A DNA stretch of 62,607 bases, filler included, from Polymyxa betae A26-41 (taxonomy: Eukaryota; Protista; Endomyxa: Phytomyxea): the NCBI GenBank assembly GCA_003693705.1. It is 7 parts of 7 records of this genome, joined end to end, with 100 filler letters (N's around TTAATTAATTAA, not from the genome) between each part and the next. Parts side by side here need not be neighbours in the genome. Positions count along the whole stretch, not along the records: positions 56,988 to 62,607 come from RBZT01000590.1; 6 more parts are not named here. One strand, written 5' to 3'. Under the pieces are notes generated by a model. It made no database searches, was not told where the DNA came from, and saw nothing but the letters and a program-made list of their open reading frames with translations. Both the position numbers and the translations under genes were made by a program. Positions 59,939 to 62,607 of this stretch are shown piece by piece (within the stretch, counting starts at the first letter, position 1; every line of letters starts with the position of its first letter).

Positions 59939-62007
59939 GGCGTACGGTTCGTAGACATCCTAAATTGGTTCGTAGACACCCTAAATTAGTCGCTAGGGAC
60001 CCTAACACTATTATTTTCTGAAACCAGTCAAAAAAGTATGAAATCAGTGTTTACTGAATCCGTATTCCATTATAGAGCTATTAATGAAAGCAACAGCATT
60101 GCAGCGCCTGCGGCTATGGGCCTGGTTGCCGCACGTACCACAGCGTCTCGAGTTGCGTTCCTGAGATATTTCGAAAGCAGATGGATTACGCCGAGTAGAG
60201 GACGCTGCACCAGGCCTGATTGCGGATCCAGCTGGCTGGCCTCTGACGACAGTCCGCATAAGATCTTATTCGTTGCCGGTGAGGAGGCAGAGACTCGTAA
60301 TTAGCAGCCAATGCGTCGAGAGCGTCTGAAAATGACTGTATCGATGATTCGTGGGCATCAAGAGGCTTTGATAGCCACCAATTTTGATGGAAGTCGTTCA
60401 ACGTGAGCCGAGCATTACGATTGATCATATCCTGAAGCATATGAGAGCATGGCAAACCCATGTTCGAAGCAAAAACTTTGGAGCATTGGACAGCATCTTC
60501 TTCTCGTAAATATTTTGACTGTTAGAGCTCTTTTGCCAATAGCCCTAATGCGTAATGCGATATTTCGCGGCTGACACTTCTCCAGAATGGTGTCTGATGG
60601 GATAATAACGTTGTGTTTCTTGATGATTTCCTGGCCAAGGTGAGAGACAGCTAAGGAAATAGAATCATAGACCGTTTTGAGATCACCGGTGGGGACATGA
60701 ATCCACGATTTTATGAAGAATGCATGCCCTCGACGCGAGATGTCGCACTGTTTCCAAAGTGGAAACATTTCATGGTCCATGCGACGACAAACATTTCTTT
60801 GAAAGGCATCCAATTTGTTCTAATGTAATCTGTCGCTGGACCGGGATGGCATGAATTCCAACTTCTGCCATTCTTGAATAAAGACGTCTTCTTCTGGGGA
60901 GTATATGACATTTCTCCATTGCTGGAGAAACTGCTGAAAACAGTCGTTGGATTCAAAGAAACGCTTGGTCTTTGCTAAAACATTCTTTTCGATGTGACAA
61001 ATGCAGAGAAAGGTGGTCGGGTTTTCGAGGGCGAATTCAGATTGGATAGCGTTAATCAGAGCCAGCTCTCTATCAGTGACGAAGGCATTTGGAAATTTTC
61101 TCTCAGCATACACAGAACGGAGTCGACTTTGAGCCCACAAATAAGCTTGTTCGGTTTCGCTTTTCATAAATACAAAGCATACCGAAAACGATTTGTTGAC
61201 AGGTGTCACACCCAAAACATGTAGCAATGGCATGCGAAACCTGGGCCCGCTTTCAGAAAAAACATTTCAGTCAAGCTAACGCATACCTGTTCGTTTTGTA
61301 GGTTGCATCTATTAAGACTATTTTGAACCGTCTCGCTAACTCGACAGATGCTCGAGGGGCGAAAAACAGAGAAATAATGCGACGATCATCGTCTAGTTCA
61401 TAATCATGGAGAACCTCTTGTGAGCTTAGCTGGTCAAGAAGCGCTTCGATCGGAGTCCGACCGTCAAGTTCAGCGATACGAACGCGTTTTAAAGTCGCAA
61501 TGATAGTTTTTGGTTGGGCACCCGCCTTGTTAAGGTCTGAAACAAGAGAGACTTGCTCTGAGGATAATGTTCTCCTCGCGACTAGCAATGGCTCAGATGG
61601 CTCGTGGTTATGAATGTCACAGATAATGCGAATTAGCCATTCTGATCTTGGTTGCTGCGCTTGAAGACTTGCACCCCAAGGGCAATTTTGACGTTTTGTG
61701 CAGGTCTTTTTTCTCCGATTCTGATCCGTGTTATAGGAACGTGGGATCTCATGATGTCGGCTGCGTTGGCAAACAAGCCATATCTTATAGATTACCCCAG
61801 CACTGCTCTTCTTAGATCGAAGTTTATTGACGCGGTATCCTCTAGAGATCATAAAAGCGTGGCATCCACCGAGGGCGTCCTCGCCCGAAGCATAAACAGC
61901 ATCGGTCAAGTTTGAAACGGCGTGCAGGTCCTGCATTCAGCGACGACTGTGAGCGACTAATTTAGGGTGTCTACGAGCCAATTTAGGGTGTCTTCGGACC
62001 GTAAGCT
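59939..62007 (-). mobile_element. MULE/Mutator element with about 56-bp TIRs and frameshifted transposase (61936 to 60044)
   Basis: TIRs at 59939-59994 and 61952-62007. FAR1 finger (C..CPW..HNH), DATYKTNRY.MPL, VTDRELAL.NAI, LC..HI.KNV, HFGN..TSRVEG.H, SWIM GLPCSH, and knuckle CGTC...H....C. Confidence 0.92.
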
Positions 62008-62607
62008 TAAATTTAACTTCTTTTGAATAAAATTGACATTTCTCAATACTGAACTTCATAATAAAGTTCTCAGCTAATTCTAAAGTTCGACTGAATATTT
62101 CGAACCATGATTGTTCATTATCAGCATAACCCATCAAATCCAAATGATTAGAGATATATTCAGCTTATCAGCAAATATTTCAGCCATTCGAGCCTGAAAT
62201 TGGGTAGCCGAATTTAGAGCACCCTGAATGGATTGTGTTGGGGTAAATACAGCCCGATCTGTCATGAATGAAAATATATCATGGCACTTAGAGCGGATTC
62301 TTCAGATCGCGATTTCAGGTTACTACAAAATCTGGCAGCACTTCGGTCAGATCGTAATGAATTGTGTTTTATTTCCAGCTCGAGTCCCAGCTTCATTCAG
62401 CTCAGTCCGTACGGACACCGTACGGACCTCTGGGAGTCGAGCCCATTATTATTAGAGTAGGTCTTCATACTTCATCAATGTTCGCATCTTTAGTACGCAT
62501 CAGATTTATGCGTCAGTCTTCGAGTCTTATTGCGGACGCAGTTCCATCAAACTGCGTACGCTATTTTTTGGGAAAATCAGAAGTTTTATGTAATTTTTAA
62601 TAAATCT
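62008..62607 (-). pseudogene. Ty3/gypsy reverse transcriptase fragment
   Basis: VFTPT..QGALNSATQFQARM..IF..LIIW.D.LMGYA..KCQFY.KEVKF. Confidence 0.75.

Overview
Eukaryotic, non-bacterial DNA. It has short GT-AG spliceosomal introns (mostly about 45-55 nt), host genes and ankyrin-type secreted proteins, consistent with a compact-intron protist such as a plasmodiophorid (inference only). The window is seven contig pieces joined by artificial 100-nt spacers (44 N + TTAATTAATTAA + 44 N), so adjacency across spacers is not evidence. Clear host genes are a 5'-partial SPRY/IQ-motif gene, cathepsin C, 40S ribosomal protein SA (uS2), a secreted ankyrin-like protein plus its pseudogene, two intron-sharing paralogs of an unknown family, and a single-TM protein. 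Most of the rest is decayed mobile DNA: Penelope-like, Crypton, hAT, CACTA-like, MULE, Harbinger, Ty1/copia and Ty3/gypsy. The most interesting locus is a nest at about 25.3-31.0 kb. A Crypton is interrupted by a hAT element with an 8-bp TSD and a 12-bp inverted filler. The Crypton is then cut at a GTTAGGG telomere-like site by a Penelope-like retroelement with no visible endonuclease. Its 357-bp inverted repeat carries a hammerhead-like core and also duplicates about 75 bp of the target Crypton.
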